Shown piece by piece: positions 28,986 through 39,250 of a stretch of DNA of 64,000 nucleotides. The translations under genes were made by a program, and so were the position numbers. Every line of letters begins with the position of its first letter. Position 1 is the stretch's first letter. The stretch comes from Alphaproteobacteria bacterium (GTDB lineage: Bacteria > Pseudomonadota > Alphaproteobacteria > RF32 > CAG-239), in the NCBI GenBank assembly GCA_045630985.1, contig JAZQTW010000015.1, positions 10,706-74,705 of the forward strand, given 5' to 3'. The notes under the pieces were generated by a model, which was not told the DNA's origin, made no database searches, and saw nothing but the letters and a program-made list of their open reading frames with translations.

Positions 28986-30890
28986 CTATTCTTCCTGTTT
29001 TTGTTGCTCTTTTCTACCTTTTAAATTTTTAAGAAATTGTTCTTCTATTCTTAGATATTGGTCTAATAACCAACGAGAACGAGATAAGAAGAATATAGTC
29101 ATTAACAGTAGAGCGAAGGTTAATTTTGGGTTTTCGCTTAAAAATTTGTGTACTACTGTTACGATAAAGAAGGATGAAACTAATATACGAAAACTAGTTA
29201 GGATTATTAGTGGTAAACGGTTGCTACGTTTTGCCATCCATAATTTGTAATATATTCTAGATATTTGTGTTTGTCCTGAGAAAAAGTTTCTTAAACGGAT
29301 AGATTTATCATCAGGGTTTAAGCACTCTTCTTTTGCTTCTACTATAGGTTCTTTAGCACATTTTTGGGCAAGTTCTATTTCTTCAGCTTCTTTTTTAGTA
29401 AAGAGCCAAGATAATTTATTCTTGAAGAAATGTGTGGTTATAATGTTCCAGCCTAATAGTGCTTTTAGGAATGGCGCCATAACTAAGAATGTTAAAGATG
29501 TCATTACAATATTAGCAGGAATTCTGTATGGTATAAGCTCTCTAACAAATGGTCTTAAAATTGTAGCTAATGCAATTATGCTATATAATATTATTGAGAA
29601 TATGGATAAGCGAATTGCATAGTTTTTAAATAATGCACTCCAAAGTCTTTCTTCGCTGTGAGTTGGTTGTGAAGAGCTTGAGTTTTTATTTATATAATCA
29701 GTCCATTTTTCAGGTAATAATTTGGTTATTTTTTTATAAGCTATATCTGATGATTTTATCATCATAGGGGTTAAGAATGTTGTAATTACAGACACAGCAA
29801 CAATTATAGGATAAACCTTATCACTTAAAACGCCTAATCCTTTGCCAAGTGAAGCGATAATGAATGCAAATTCACCTACTTGGGCCAATGAAAAACTTCC
29901 TTGGATAGCTATTTTTAATGTTTGTCCTGAAGCAATAAACCCAAAGCAAGAGCTTATTACCATTCCGATAATGACTATTGTTGTTATAACAATTATAGGG
30001 TAGGCGTAAGTTATAAGCATTTCTGGATTAACCATCATACCAACTGATACAAAGAATACAGCTCCAAATAGGTCTTTTAGAGGTTGTAAATTTTTTTCTA
30101 TACGCTCAATTACTTCTGTTTCTGCTAATATTGAACCCATTATAAAAGCTCCTAAAGCAGAAGAAAAACCAGAAAATATAGCAAGTAACACCATGCCAAA
30201 ACATAAACTAATTGTTATAATTAATAGCATTTCATCACTAATTATATTGTGTATTTTATTTAGAATGGTTGGAACAAGATAAATTCCAGTAACAAAGCAT
30301 AGTATTAAAAAGAATATAAGTTTTGAAGTGCTTAGTGCTAATTCAAGTCCATTGATAGTACTTCCAACAGCAATAGTTGGTAAAATAACAAGTAGTAATA
30401 CTCCTACCAAATCTTCAACAACAAGTACGCCAAAAACAAGGTCAGTAAATTTTTGTTTTTTTATATTTAAATCATTAAAAGCTTTGATGATAATTGTAGT
30501 TGAAGACATTGATATCATTGAGCCTAAGAAAAAGCTATCTATTGTGGACCAGCCAAGTAGTAAACCTGTGTTGTAGCCGATAAATAACATAGTTACTATA
30601 ATTAAACTAGATGTTATTAAAGCTGATTTTCCTACATTTACCATTTTTTTGAAACTAAATTCTAATCCCAAGCCGAATAAAAGAAATATTACGCCAATAT
30701 CTGCCCATAAATTTAAATTTTCTTTATCTTCAACAGTTGGTAAAAAGTTGAAATATGGTCCTGCTAATATGCCGGCTAAAACGTAGCCTAAAACAATAGG
30801 TTGTTTAAACTTTTTGCACAGAAATGTGGTTATTCCGGCATAAATCATAATTAAAGTAAGGTCGATAATTAGTGGATGAATAGCGTGCAT
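28986..30890 (-). CDS. monovalent cation:proton antiporter-2 (CPA2) family transporter
   Basis: Na+/H+ exchanger-type 12-13 TM N-terminal domain (…ILAGPYFNFL… GLEFSF…), extra C-terminal TM/soluble extension. Confidence 0.75.
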   Translation of the reverse strand: MHAIHPLIIDLTLIMIYAGITTFLCKKFKQPIVLGYVLAGILAGPYFNFLPTVEDKENLNLWADIGVIFLLFGLGLEFSFKKMVNVGKSALITSSLIIVTMLFIGYNTGLLLGWSTIDSFFLGSMISMSSTTIIIKAFNDLNIKKQKFTDLVFGVLVVEDLVGVLLLVILPTIAVGSTINGLELALSTSKLIFFLILCFVTGIYLVPTILNKIHNIISDEMLLIITISLCFGMVLLAIFSGFSSALGAFIMGSILAETEVIERIEKNLQPLKDLFGAVFFVSVGMMVNPEMLITYAYPIIVITTIVIIGMVISSCFGFIASGQTLKIAIQGSFSLAQVGEFAFIIASLGKGLGVLSDKVYPIIVAVSVITTFLTPMMIKSSDIAYKKITKLLPEKWTDYINKNSSSSQPTHSEERLWSALFKNYAIRLSIFSIILYSIIALATILRPFVRELIPYRIPANIVMTSLTFLVMAPFLKALLGWNIITTHFFKNKLSWLFTKKEAEEIELAQKCAKEPIVEAKEECLNPDDKSIRLRNFFSGQTQISRIYYKLWMAKRSNRLPLIILTSFRILVSSFFIVTVVHKFLSENPKLTFALLLMTIFFLSRSRWLLDQYLRIEEQFLKNLKGRKEQQKQEE

Positions 30891-30976
30891 GTTATCCCAT
30901 ATAAAAAATTAAGGTTAAAGATAACTGTTGCTTATCATATAAGTATTTAATTTTTGTTAATTTGGGTGAGGTATTT

Positions 30977-32128
30977 TTATTTAATTTTGAATGTATTTGG
31001 AGCAGATAGATATAAGTTTGATTTTTTATTGTTGTTCCAATTAACTTTTAATTCTGTTGGAGATATTATATCATATTTTCCGCAATGATAATCTGGATTG
31101 TTGAAACCACATAATTTTTGATTGTCATAAGCTAAGAAGCTATCTTCCCATTTAGCTGTTGTTATTTTTATAAAAGGCTTTCCTGCCGGTGGGGTAAAGA
31201 AATTAGATGCAAGCGCATGAGGAAATTCTTTTATTCTTAATCCATTATATTTTTGATGATAGCGGAAATATATTGTAAATAGTCGTTCTGATAAATATGC
31301 AAATGCTAGCTTTTGTTCGGCATCTCTTGTTTGTAGCTCTTCTTTCATCTGATTGTATAGTGGAAGCATTATGCTAAATAGCCACTCTGCGTAGTTATTA
31401 AAAATTTCTCTTCTGGTTATTATTAGGTTAGCAGGATAAAAACCTTCTTGGCTGTTTAGGGTTTCTAACGCAAAGTTATGCATATGAGGGTATTTTTGTT
31501 TTATTATTTCTAGTGCTTTGTTTAGGTCTTCTATATCGTGTTCGGTTTTATATTGTTCGTATGCATTTAATCTTATTGGTTCAGATAAAAGAACATCGTG
31601 TGTTGCAAACCAAGGAAGTATAAATTTTTTTTCTAGTTCTAAAGATCTTAAAAACTCTTTAGAGAATCCATATAAATGATTTATTCCTAGGTGAATAAAA
31701 CGCATGGAAGGGAATTCTACAAAAGGGTAGTGGTGATTTGCGTTTATAGATAATAAACGTCTGTATTGAAACATTCCTACATATGGGGTGTTTGTATTTT
31801 TCCATATCCAATAGAGAGCAGTGTTTTCTGCAAAATAGCGATTTAATTCAGAGATATTATCGCCTGTATCATCACCAATTAGGTTGCCGTTTAACCACTC
31901 TATTTGTTCTGTAGTAAAATTTCCGTCTCTTGATGGGGTGTTTGCTATGGCGCGTCCACCTTGAATTGGCTCAAATATTTCTGATTTTATTAAAGGAGCT
32001 GGTTTGTAGTAAACAACAAATATTTTGAGATAATCTGTTTTGTAGATAAAAAGAGTGTATATTGCAGATAGCAAAACAAAAACAGCAAATATAATTGTGA
32101 AACCAAAAATATATTTGCTGTTTTTCAT
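30977..32128 (-). CDS. membrane-anchored glycosyltransferase-like protein (DUF4422-like)
   Basis: single N-terminal TM helix then IFVVYYKPAPLIKSEIFEPIQGGRA... resembling DUF4422 exopolysaccharide-biosynthesis proteins; memory-based. Confidence 0.45.
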   Translation of the reverse strand: MKNSKYIFGFTIIFAVFVLLSAIYTLFIYKTDYLKIFVVYYKPAPLIKSEIFEPIQGGRAIANTPSRDGNFTTEQIEWLNGNLIGDDTGDNISELNRYFAENTALYWIWKNTNTPYVGMFQYRRLLSINANHHYPFVEFPSMRFIHLGINHLYGFSKEFLRSLELEKKFILPWFATHDVLLSEPIRLNAYEQYKTEHDIEDLNKALEIIKQKYPHMHNFALETLNSQEGFYPANLIITRREIFNNYAEWLFSIMLPLYNQMKEELQTRDAEQKLAFAYLSERLFTIYFRYHQKYNGLRIKEFPHALASNFFTPPAGKPFIKITTAKWEDSFLAYDNQKLCGFNNPDYHCGKYDIISPTELKVNWNNNKKSNLYLSAPNTFKIK

Positions 32129-32598
32129 GTTTTTACCTAAATGTTATTGTTTATAACTACGTATGTAATTAAGCTATAATGTTTGGGTTAATCAAAGTTT
32201 CAAGTTTTTGGATTTTGTTGTTTAGACTTGTTTTTTGACTATTCAATTGTTGAGCTTTATAAAAGTCAACCATTTGTTTGTTTTTTACTAGTTTTGTTAT
32301 GTCTGACTTTACCCTTCTTTCTTCAAGCTTTAATTCACATAACTGTATCTGTAGTTTGTTGAAAGAGTTTATATTAACCATAGTTCCATCGCTCCAATTT
32401 TAAGTGTTATGTCGCATTTTATTGTGCGATTCTTATTGTTTGAGCGCATTATACTACATTTTTGATAAAAAATCAAGTTTTTTTGAGGGCAAAATAAAAA
32501 AAATAGTGAAAAAAAATGATTTTATGCTAGTTAATATAAAAAATATCAGTTATCAAAGCTGAAATCTATAAATTTATTTAAGAATAGGAATATAAGTT

Positions 32599-33678
32599 AT
32601 GACTCAAATTAAGAAAATCGGTATTTTAACAAGTGGTGGCGATTGTGCTGGATTGAATGCAGTTGTTTTATCTGTAGTTAATTCTGCGGCAAAATTAGGT
32701 TGGGAAGTTTATGGTATTCATAATGGTACAGATGGCGTTACAGAGCGTCCACTTTCTTATGAACTTTTAACACCAACTAATTTTTCTGATACTCCATGGC
32801 CTAGACTTGCTGGTTCATATCTTGGTTCTTTAAATAAAGGTGTTAAAATGGAATCTCAAGCAGAGATTTCTAAGAGATTTGGCGCAGGTGTTAATGAGTT
32901 AGGTCTAGATGCTGTTGTTGTTGTGGGTGGTGATGGCAGTATGAATATTGTTAGCAATTATTGTAAAAATGCAGGCGTGAAAATGGTTGGTATTCCAAAA
33001 ACTATCGATAATGATACTCCATTAACACAATATTCAGTTGGTTTTAATTCTGCTTGCCAAGTATGTGTTGAAGCTGTTGATGCTTTGTGGAAGACTGCTC
33101 GTTCTCACCAAAGAGCTTTGATTTTGGAAGTTATGGGTCGTGATGCTGGTCACTTGGCTATGCATTCTGCTGTTGCAGGTTTTGCTGATGTTTGTTTGGT
33201 CCCAGAAATTCCTTATTCTGTTGACGGTATTATTGCTAAATTAAAAGAAGTTAAAGCTAGTGGTAGAAAGCATGCTGTTATTGTTGTTTCAGAAGGTGTT
33301 CACACAGAAAGTGGTGAAATGGTTTCTGGTGCTAAGAATTTAATTGGTGAAAAAATTAATGGTGGTATTGGTGACTACTTGAGTTCTGCAATTAATGCAA
33401 AATATTCAGAGTTTCAAACACGTGTTACTAAATTGGGTCACGTTCAACGAGCTGGCGATCCTACTGCATTTGATAGAGCTTTAGCTTGTGCATTTGGTGC
33501 AAAGGCTGTTGAGTTATTGAATGAAGGTCATACAGATGTTATGGTTGGATTGAATGGTGATAAATTGGAAACATATCCATTAGAAACAGTTGTTGCAGAA
33601 GGCACTACATTGTTAAATAAAGATAGTGTTTATGTAAAAGCTGCTATTAATATGGGTATGTATGTAGGTGAAATCTAA
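32599..33678 (+). CDS. pfk: 6-phosphofructokinase (PfkA family; ATP- or PPi-dependent)
   Basis: GILTSGGDCAGLNAVV, GGDGS, PKTIDND, MGR motifs; Gly at E. coli position 104 but Lys at position 124. Confidence 0.9.
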   Translation: MTQIKKIGILTSGGDCAGLNAVVLSVVNSAAKLGWEVYGIHNGTDGVTERPLSYELLTPTNFSDTPWPRLAGSYLGSLNKGVKMESQAEISKRFGAGVNELGLDAVVVVGGDGSMNIVSNYCKNAGVKMVGIPKTIDNDTPLTQYSVGFNSACQVCVEAVDALWKTARSHQRALILEVMGRDAGHLAMHSAVAGFADVCLVPEIPYSVDGIIAKLKEVKASGRKHAVIVVSEGVHTESGEMVSGAKNLIGEKINGGIGDYLSSAINAKYSEFQTRVTKLGHVQRAGDPTAFDRALACAFGAKAVELLNEGHTDVMVGLNGDKLETYPLETVVAEGTTLLNKDSVYVKAAINMGMYVGEI

Positions 33679-33699
33679 TAAAGCTTTTGTTTGAGGGAG

Positions 33700-33733
33700 A
33701 AAGCGGTGGCTGTAAAATGCTACCGCTTTTTTG
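33700..33733 (+). terminator. intrinsic terminator of pfk
   Basis: AGCGGTGGC-tgtaaaat-GCTACCGCT + TTTTTT. Confidence 0.7.
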
Positions 33734-33734
33734 T

Positions 33735-33766
33735 AAGAAAAAATAGCCTTTTATTCTAGGCTATTT
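33735..33766 (-). terminator. intrinsic terminator of the ABC permease gene
   Basis: minus-strand AATAGCC-loop-GGCTATT followed by TTTTTTC. Confidence 0.55.
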
Positions 33767-33785
33767 TAATGGGTGTTAAAATATT

Positions 33786-34850
33786 TTATATTTTATCAAA
33801 GTTGATTCTTGGGTCTACTATAGAATAGGTTATATCGCTGATTAATTTTAGTATTAATCCTAGCAAAGCAAATATGTATAATGTGCCAAATATTATTGGG
33901 TAGTCTCTTGTCATAATTGCTTCGTATCCTAGTAATCCTAAACCGTTTAAGCTAAAGATTATTTCTATTAAAAGGGAGCCGGTAAATAAGACTTTTACTA
34001 AAAGAGCAGGTATGCCGGCTATTATAATTAGCATAGCGTTTCTGAATACGTGATGATATAAAATTTGCTTTTCGGATACACCTTTGGCTTTGGCTGTTAA
34101 CACATATTGCTTACTTAGTTCATCCATAAAAGAGTTTTTTGTGAGCATGGTTAATGAGGCAATTCCACCAAATACAATACAGATTGTTGGTAGAGTTATG
34201 TGCCAGAAGTAATCTGCTATTTTTTGTAAAAGAGATAAATTTTCCCAATTATCTGAGGTTAGGCCTTTGAGAGGGAATAGTTGAAAATATGTACCTCCTG
34301 CAAATAGAACAATGAGTAATACTGCGAATAAAAATACGGGGATGGCAGAACCAATAAATATTATTGCTGAAGTTGATATATCGAATTTTTCTCCATCTAA
34401 CTGAGCTTTTTTTATGCCTAATGGGATGGCAATTAAGTAGATTATTAGAGTTGACCACAGACCTAATGAAATGGATACGGGCAATCGTTCTTTAATTAAA
34501 TCAAGAACCGTTTTATCTTTATAATAGCTTTTTCCAAAATCAAAGAATATGTAATCTTTGACCATTTTTATAAAGCGTTCGTGGACTGGCTTATCGAATC
34601 CAAATTGCTTTTCAAGCTCTTTAACTAAATCATCTGGAACTCCTTTTGACCCTTGGTATTTTTGTTCGTTTACATTTGGTAGTCCGGAATTGATGTTTCC
34701 AGTTACTGAGGTGTTTATACCTTTATATTGTGCTAACATATATTCGACAGGTCCTCCAGGGGCAAGTTGAATTATGGCAAAATTTAACAAAAGAATACCA
34801 AATAAGGTTAGTGGAATTAATAAGAGTCTTTTTATTATGTAGTTTTTCAT
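33786..34850 (-). CDS. ABC transporter permease, OppB/DppB/YejB-type (binding-protein-dependent transport inner membrane component)
   Basis: N-terminus MKNYIIKRLLLIPLTLFGILLLNFAIIQLAPGGP and EAA-loop region typical of peptide/opine family permeases. Confidence 0.85.
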   Translation of the reverse strand: MKNYIIKRLLLIPLTLFGILLLNFAIIQLAPGGPVEYMLAQYKGINTSVTGNINSGLPNVNEQKYQGSKGVPDDLVKELEKQFGFDKPVHERFIKMVKDYIFFDFGKSYYKDKTVLDLIKERLPVSISLGLWSTLIIYLIAIPLGIKKAQLDGEKFDISTSAIIFIGSAIPVFLFAVLLIVLFAGGTYFQLFPLKGLTSDNWENLSLLQKIADYFWHITLPTICIVFGGIASLTMLTKNSFMDELSKQYVLTAKAKGVSEKQILYHHVFRNAMLIIIAGIPALLVKVLFTGSLLIEIIFSLNGLGLLGYEAIMTRDYPIIFGTLYIFALLGLILKLISDITYSIVDPRINFDKI

Positions 34851-34853
34851 ATT

Positions 34854-36674
34854 CTAATCCTTTAGCCACCAAGTATAAATATTTACACCTGTATCTAGGT
34901 TGTTTTTAGGGAAGTCAAATTTATCCCAGTAAGCAATTCTATCTGCGTCTGAATACCAATTAAATATTACATAATGATTAAATAGTAGAACCCTATCTAG
35001 CGCTTTAACATAGGCAGAATATAGTAGGTTATCTTCTGTTGAGATTATTTTTTGAATTAGTTCATCTACTAGAGGATTTTGTATACCTATAATATTGTTA
35101 CTGCTTTCTATGTTTGCGGATTGGCTACCCCATAAGTCTTTTTGTTCGTTTCCCGGTAAGTGTAGTCCTCTGTATCCACCAACTATGATGTCAAAGTCAA
35201 ATTTATCTAGTTTGTTTTTGTATGTATTAGTTTCTAATATACGAGTTTTAGCTGTTATGCCAATTTTTCTTAAGTTTTCTATGAATGGGAGCAAAACTCT
35301 AGTGAAAGCATTTCCGTTGGCTGAATTAATTACAATTTCAAACTCAAGAGGTTCTCCGGTTTCTAGGTTGCACATTTTTTCATTGATGAAGTCATACCCT
35401 GCCTCTTTAAGCAATGATGTTGCTATTTTTAGGTTTTCTCTATCTGAAAGATTGTCGTTTCTAAATAAATCTTCAACTGGTTTAGTAAAAATGTCTTCAG
35501 GCAAAGTATTTTCTACATTTTGAAGCACTTCCTTTTCTATGCCGTAAGGAATATGAGTGGCTGCAAAACGTGTATTTGCAAAGTAGCTATATAGTCTTTT
35601 GTATTCTCCATAAAAGAGATTTTTGTTTGCCCAAGGAAAATTGAATGCATGGCCAATAGCCTGACGAACCTTTGGGTTTTGGAATTTGTCTTTTCTTGTA
35701 TTAAAGGCAAAAAATTGAATTGTCGCAGGCTTATTATGTTTTATAGCCTGTTTTTGGATTTTTCCTTGTTTTATAAGTTCGTTATCGTAGCCTGTTTTCC
35801 AAGATTTTGCAATGTACTCATAACGCATGTCTATATTGCCAGAAAATAGGGCTTGAAGAGTTACGGTTGTATCTTGATAGTAGTCGTATTTTATTTCATC
35901 GAAATTGTAAAAACCTTTGCGAGATGGAATATCTTTCGCCCAGTAGTTCGGGTTAAGTTTGAATGTGATATATTGTCCTGCTTCAAAGTTTTTGATTGTA
36001 TATGGGCCGTTTCCTAAAGGTGGAACAAGGGATGGTTTATCAAATTCTCTGTTTTGATAATCTTTGGCTGAAAATATTTTGAGTGATGTTATTATTAAAG
36101 GAAGTTCTCTGTTTTTTGTATTTGGTTTGAAGTAGAACCTAACATGTCTTGAAGACAGTTTTTCTACCCTATCAACATCAGAAAAATAAAATTTATAGAT
36201 TGGAGCACCTTTGGTTATTAGTGCATTAAAGCTAAATATAATATCTTCTGCTGTTATGGGAGTATTATCATGGAATTTTGCTTTGGGATTAATGAAAAAT
36301 CCAATAAAACTTTTGTCTGCAGGTTGTTCAAATTTTTCTGCGATTAGAGGATATGCTGTTTCTACATCATCAGCAGGTGTGAAACCAAGACTATCTAAAG
36401 TTAAATCAACAGCCTCTGTTGATGCGGTACCTTTGAAGATATAAGGGTTAAAGTTATCAAAAGTTCCATATGCAGGTAAAGTTATTGAGCCTTTTTTAGG
36501 GGCGTTTGGGTTAACATATTCAAAGTTTTTGAAGCTTTTATCGTATTTTGGTGCATTACTAATAGAAACATAGTCGCTAATAGTTATTTTATTAGCAAAA
36601 GCGATGTTTGGCAATATTAAGAGGAATAATGCGATGAAATTAAAGAATTTATTCCTCATTTTTCCAAGCTCCAA
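34854..36674 (-). CDS. ABC transporter substrate-binding protein, family 5 (YejA/OppA-like), with signal peptide
   Basis: 606 aa, signal peptide, family-5 SBP features; start overlaps upstream gene. Confidence 0.8.
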   Translation of the reverse strand: MELGKMRNKFFNFIALFLLILPNIAFANKITISDYVSISNAPKYDKSFKNFEYVNPNAPKKGSITLPAYGTFDNFNPYIFKGTASTEAVDLTLDSLGFTPADDVETAYPLIAEKFEQPADKSFIGFFINPKAKFHDNTPITAEDIIFSFNALITKGAPIYKFYFSDVDRVEKLSSRHVRFYFKPNTKNRELPLIITSLKIFSAKDYQNREFDKPSLVPPLGNGPYTIKNFEAGQYITFKLNPNYWAKDIPSRKGFYNFDEIKYDYYQDTTVTLQALFSGNIDMRYEYIAKSWKTGYDNELIKQGKIQKQAIKHNKPATIQFFAFNTRKDKFQNPKVRQAIGHAFNFPWANKNLFYGEYKRLYSYFANTRFAATHIPYGIEKEVLQNVENTLPEDIFTKPVEDLFRNDNLSDRENLKIATSLLKEAGYDFINEKMCNLETGEPLEFEIVINSANGNAFTRVLLPFIENLRKIGITAKTRILETNTYKNKLDKFDFDIIVGGYRGLHLPGNEQKDLWGSQSANIESSNNIIGIQNPLVDELIQKIISTEDNLLYSAYVKALDRVLLFNHYVIFNWYSDADRIAYWDKFDFPKNNLDTGVNIYTWWLKD

Positions 36675-37764
36675 AAGGATAGGCTAGTTCATTATAATTA
36701 TTATCTGGAGAAGCATTGATTTCTTTTTCTAGCTCTTCAAGAGATATAATGTTTTGCTTTGGTTGTGTTTTTGGAGTTTCTATTGCTTTTTTAGTGTTTT
36801 GTTGTTTTATGTTTCTTAAAGCAGCTTGAGTGTGGCTAAAGCTTATTATTGATGGAGCTGGAGTAAATTCCTTTTCTTCTTTGTTTGGAATAAGCTCATC
36901 TCTAATAGCTTGTAAACCTTCTGCAATTGTTTGTTCTTTTTCATCTATTTTAGATGTTTCTTCAACTTCAGCAACAATTTCTTCTGATGGTTTAGATAAA
37001 AATGAAGGGAATGTTGTTTGTTCTTCTAAAATAGTTTTTTGTATTGGAGCTGGTTCTTTTATTGGTGTTTCTTTTACAACGGTATTTTTGTTGTATAAGG
37101 AGTCTATAACTGGAGTTAGAATGTTGTAAACTTTGCCCAATGGACCGTATTCTACCATGTTATAGAATAATTTTTGCTTATCAAATATATTGATAATGCT
37201 ATGCAAATCTTTGTAGCGTTGACCAAACTCTAAGATGCTTCCCTTTAACAAGGTGTTTTTTTGCGCTTTTTGTGTGAGGTTTTTAGCAAAATCTGACTGG
37301 AAGTTGTTTATTTCTATAAAAGTTTTAGCTAATAACCAGCGCTCACCTTCTGATGTTCTATTCCAGAGGTGTTCAAGTTGTGCTGTTGAAACAGAATTGC
37401 TACGTTTGATAATATCAGATAATATTTCATTGGTATCTGAAAGGAGTATAGAAAACTCTTGTAAAGCAACTTCGTTAGAAATTTCTTTTGATGAACTAGT
37501 GTTGGCGCCATTTTCTGAGCCGTTTTTTAGGTGCTTTAATAGAATATAGAATTGTTCAGTTAGTTGTTTTTGATTGTAAAACAATTTTATTAAAGCAAAA
37601 ATCCCCCATATTGTGAGCAGAGGAAGAGTGTATATGGCAATGCTTTGATATAATGCCTCAACACTATTTGCTTGTGAAAAAGCTTGAGAAGATACTTTGC
37701 TTGAGCAGAAGAATACCCAAACAATACTAGAGAAGATGGTTATAAAAAAAGAAATATTTAACAA
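36649..37764 (-). CDS. hypothetical membrane-anchored protein with proline/lysine-rich C-terminal half
   Basis: N-terminal TM helices then low-complexity region; overlaps SBP gene start by 26 nt. Confidence 0.45.
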   Translation of the reverse strand: MLNISFFITIFSSIVWVFFCSSKVSSQAFSQANSVEALYQSIAIYTLPLLTIWGIFALIKLFYNQKQLTEQFYILLKHLKNGSENGANTSSSKEISNEVALQEFSILLSDTNEILSDIIKRSNSVSTAQLEHLWNRTSEGERWLLAKTFIEINNFQSDFAKNLTQKAQKNTLLKGSILEFGQRYKDLHSIINIFDKQKLFYNMVEYGPLGKVYNILTPVIDSLYNKNTVVKETPIKEPAPIQKTILEEQTTFPSFLSKPSEEIVAEVEETSKIDEKEQTIAEGLQAIRDELIPNKEEKEFTPAPSIISFSHTQAALRNIKQQNTKKAIETPKTQPKQNIISLEELEKEINASPDNNYNELAYPFGAWKNEE

Positions 37765-37965
37765 GATTTTGCTCCTTTATCTATTTTTTTGTATTTTAAG
37801 GCAACCCCTTTATATTGCAAACAAAAAAAGTTTTCTTTTCCTATGTTTTTGTGTAAAAAACATCAGTTTTTTGTGGTTTAAATGCATATATCTAAAAAAT
37901 ATGGTGAAATTTTTTTTATTTTATGTTATAGGAAGGGTAAGTATTAATTTTATAAAGGATAAAAA

Positions 37966-38940
37966 ATGAACGACTCTACGGCTGTTGTGCTTGATTTTGA
38001 AAAAGATATTTTAGAAATTGAAGAAAAGATTGAGCACTTAAAACTTCTTGCCAAAGATGAGGATATGGATATTACTCGTGAGACAAGACGTTTGGAGCGT
38101 AAACTTACCCAACATATTAATCGTACATATATGAATTTATCTGCATGGCAAAAGGCACAGATTGCTCGTCATGCTCTTCGTCCACATTGCTTGGATTATA
38201 TTAAAGCATTGATTGAAGACTTTACACCTTTGGCTGGTGATAGATGTTTTGCTGATGATGAAGCTATGGTTTGTGGTTTGGGTAAATTGGGCGGTCATTC
38301 GGTTATTGTTATTGGTCAAGAAAAGGGTAATGACCTAGAAACAAGAATTAAGTATAACTTTGGTATGGCTAGACCAGAAGGTTATCGTAAGGCTCAAAGA
38401 ATGATGGATTTGGCAAATAAGTTCCGTCTTCCTATTATTAGTTTTGTTGATACAGCAGGTGCGCACCCTGGTATTGATGCTGAGGCAAGAGGTCAAGCAG
38501 AGGCTATTGCGTCTTCTATTGAAAAATGTTTACAAGTTAAAACACCTATTATTTCTTTAATTATAGGAGAAGGTGGTTCTGGTGGTGCTATTGCTATTGC
38601 TACAGCTAATAGAGTATTAATGTTAGAGCACTCTATCTATTCTGTTATTTCTCCAGAAGGTTGTTCATCTATTTTGTGGCGTTCTGGTGATAAAACTAAA
38701 GAAGCAACAGAGGCTTTGCATTTAACAGCACAAGATTTGAAAGCTTTAGGTATTATTGATGAGATAATCAAAGAACCTCTTGGTGGCGCTCATCGAGATA
38801 GAGAGCAAATATTTAATAGCGTTAGAGAAGTTTTGGTTAGACAAATAGAAGAGCTTAAAGCTTTTTCGTTTGATGAATTAAAATCTCAACGAACAGAGAA
38901 ATTCTTAAAAATGGGTAGAAATATTACCGTAGAATTTTAG
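37966..38940 (+). CDS. accA: acetyl-CoA carboxylase carboxyltransferase subunit alpha
   Basis: LDFEKDILEIEEKIEHLK..., GGAHPGIDAEARGQAEAIA, GEGGSGGA motifs. Confidence 0.95.
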   Translation: MNDSTAVVLDFEKDILEIEEKIEHLKLLAKDEDMDITRETRRLERKLTQHINRTYMNLSAWQKAQIARHALRPHCLDYIKALIEDFTPLAGDRCFADDEAMVCGLGKLGGHSVIVIGQEKGNDLETRIKYNFGMARPEGYRKAQRMMDLANKFRLPIISFVDTAGAHPGIDAEARGQAEAIASSIEKCLQVKTPIISLIIGEGGSGGAIAIATANRVLMLEHSIYSVISPEGCSSILWRSGDKTKEATEALHLTAQDLKALGIIDEIIKEPLGGAHRDREQIFNSVREVLVRQIEELKAFSFDELKSQRTEKFLKMGRNITVEF

Positions 38941-39077
38941 ATATAAAGGGCAGTAATAACTGCCCTTTAGTTTAGGTTAAAATCATAAAATTTTGGATTA
39001 TTTGTTAGAGTGTAAAATTTATATGCAAATTTTATCACTGATTAAATGTATGATTTTAATGCAATTTGGAGGTAAAT

Positions 39078-39233
39078 ATGAAAAATTCTCAATCTAAGTT
39101 TTCAAATGAAAAATCTAAGTCTCACTCTATGGCAAATCCTAATACTTCGAAAGCTAGTTCTGGTTGTTGTTGTGGTTCAAAACTTTCTGATGAAATTGAT
39201 GAAGTTGATATAATTGATATTGAAGAAAATTAA
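39078..39233 (+). CDS. small acidic Cys-containing peptide (51 aa), not in ORF track
   Basis: GGAGGT RBS 5 nt before ATG; MKNSQSKFSNEKSKSHSMANPNTSKASSGCCCGSKLSDEIDEVDIIDIEEN; immediately upstream of hsp20. Confidence 0.35.
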   Translation: MKNSQSKFSNEKSKSHSMANPNTSKASSGCCCGSKLSDEIDEVDIIDIEEN

Positions 39234-39250
39234 TTGTTGGGAGAAAAAAG

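Noticed and set aside
32169-32381. 70-aa minus-strand ORF in the DUF4422/pfk divergent intergenic region
   Set aside because: Coiled-coil-like composition but no RBS and it lies in an AT-rich promoter region; left uncalled (could be real micro-protein).
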